A DNA stretch of 64,000 bases, taken from Octopus sinensis (lineage: Eukaryota). Location: NCBI RefSeq assembly GCF_006345805.1, contig NC_042998.1, positions 10,788,001 to 10,852,000 on the forward strand, given 5' to 3'. Below the pieces are notes generated by a model. The model had not been told where the DNA came from. It was given only the letters and a program-made list of their open reading frames with translations, and searched no databases. The translations under genes were made by a program, and so were the position numbers. Positions within the stretch are counted from its first letter, which is position 1, and each line of letters opens with the position of its first letter. Of the stretch, positions 62,370-64,000 are shown piece after piece.

Positions 62370-63029
62370 ATATATGTATATATATATTGTGTGTGTGTGT
62401 GTGTATGAATATTTTTTCATTTATTTATCTAGCAGAAGTATGGTTGCGTGCACTGTAAAAAAAAATGTATGTGGTTTTAGATGATATGTACATCATGATT
62501 TAATAAATTTTATTTACATTTATATTAGTTATGTATTCCTGTTCTTGCTATATTTTGCATCTATTGAGCCGCCTTTAGGATATTTTACATAAAAACACAC
62601 TCCTGTGTATTTTACGAATACTTACACAGGTGTACACACACACACACACACAAACGCATACACACACACACACACGCATACACTCACACAGGCACACACA
62701 CACACACGCGCGCACACACACACTCATATATGTATGTATGTATATTTGTAGTTGTTTGTGAGAATGTGTGTCATTTTATTGTGTGATTCTTGTGTTGTGT
62801 GTTTGTGCGTGTGTCTGCGAGTACACGAATAATTATAGTGTTTGCAGCAGTATCAATTCTAGTAACCAAATCCAATTTCTTTAAATAGAAATGCGTTTGT
62901 GCAGCGAAGGATATTTTAGTGAAAGTCATAATTATATAGATTGTATCCACAATCTGGTAAGTTAATTATCCTTTAAAGGCATCAAATTGTAGTATATATA
63001 TATATATAATATATATATATATATAATAT

Positions 63030-63076
<47 letters not shown>

Positions 63077-64000
63077 ATGTATATATCGATGATTGTGGGG
63101 ATCCTCTAAAACCTGTAATCTTGTGTTGTGCAAAGCGATTTATTAATCGTTAACCCTAGAAAGTCCTTTTTTTCTTGCGCTAACAAAATTCCTGAACGTA
63201 CATAAGAAATGCTGACATCAATGGTGGTGAGAAATTGGCGAAAGACAAAGAGAGTACGAGAGAGATGATAGGAGAAGAGTTGAAACATTTTTGAAAATTA
63301 TTTTCAACGTATATTTCTGTATTGCATGAATGTTTAAATAAAATACAATCTATTGCTTGGTAATATATATTAACATAAATATATTAGTGACCGATTCGGT
63401 AAATTTACTCCATTTTGGCAGGTATCTGCATTCCATGATTGGTGTATAGTAGTGTTCTCATTGTTTCGTCTTCCAATTCAGCATGAAAGATTGAGACTTA
63501 AAATTTAGTATTGAAATGCATCGAAATGAGAAACAAAAGAAAAAAGCAATTCAGGAGCTGTTACGAAGTGTATTGCAGTAACAGAATTACACATACTATA
63601 TCTGAGAAGCGCTCAGCATTCAGAGTAGAAACGAAAGTAGATGGATTAGATCGCAGTCAGAAAGCCTGTATTTTAAGGATTTGTTCAAACTGTTCAAACT
63701 GTATTGCTGCAAATTGGGGGTAAAATGTGAATAGAGTTGATAAAAAAGAAAACATTTCAAATATTACTTATCAAAAGTTTTGAGAAATAATAATTATGAA
63801 TAGAAACGATTTTCATAACTAAATAATTAGAATCTGTCTCCTTCTGTCCATTCATTCATCTCTCTCTTTCTTTCTCTCTCGCAATCCCCCCTCTCTCTAT
63901 TATGGCCAGATGTCACCCGACAGTAAATCAAAATTCCATAAATACTATCTGTAATCCTGTATTGACTCGAATAGAAAAATGTGTCACTCAAGAAGGCCTT

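Overview
AT-rich, microsatellite-dense eukaryotic DNA that is almost entirely transposable-element debris, with one 100-N assembly gap at 10099-10198. The repeat families look like those of an octopus (coleoid cephalopod) genome; that is an inference, not a database match. I found no host protein-coding gene, rRNA, real tRNA or CRISPR array that I can support. Most ORFs in the supplied track are microsatellite artefacts or pieces of broken TE genes. Recognisable elements are: at least five tRNA-headed SINE families (labelled A-E here, my own labels); L1/Tx1-clade LINEs (one long 5'-truncated copy, one 5'-intact copy, several deleted derivatives); RTE, R4/Dong-like and CR1 LINE fragments; Penelope-like elements (RT plus GIY-YIG); a mariner and two other IS630-Tc1-mariner relics; three non-autonomous Helitrons; and several foldback hairpins. 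The most interesting signals are: (1) minimal hammerhead-ribozyme motifs, including one with a compensated G3:C8 core inside a 210-bp element flanked by a target-site duplication (TSD); (2) two Tx1 3' ends in the same (TATC)n array, suggesting microsatellite targeting; (3) a SINE whose tail matches a Tx1-type 3' end, whose TSDs start with G(G/A)TAT and which forms multimers; (4) an RTE LINE ending in three C2H2 zinc fingers; (5) long foldbacks, one pre-miRNA-like. All alignments and folds were done by eye. Boundaries of degenerate elements are approximate, and some frameshifts may be assembly errors.
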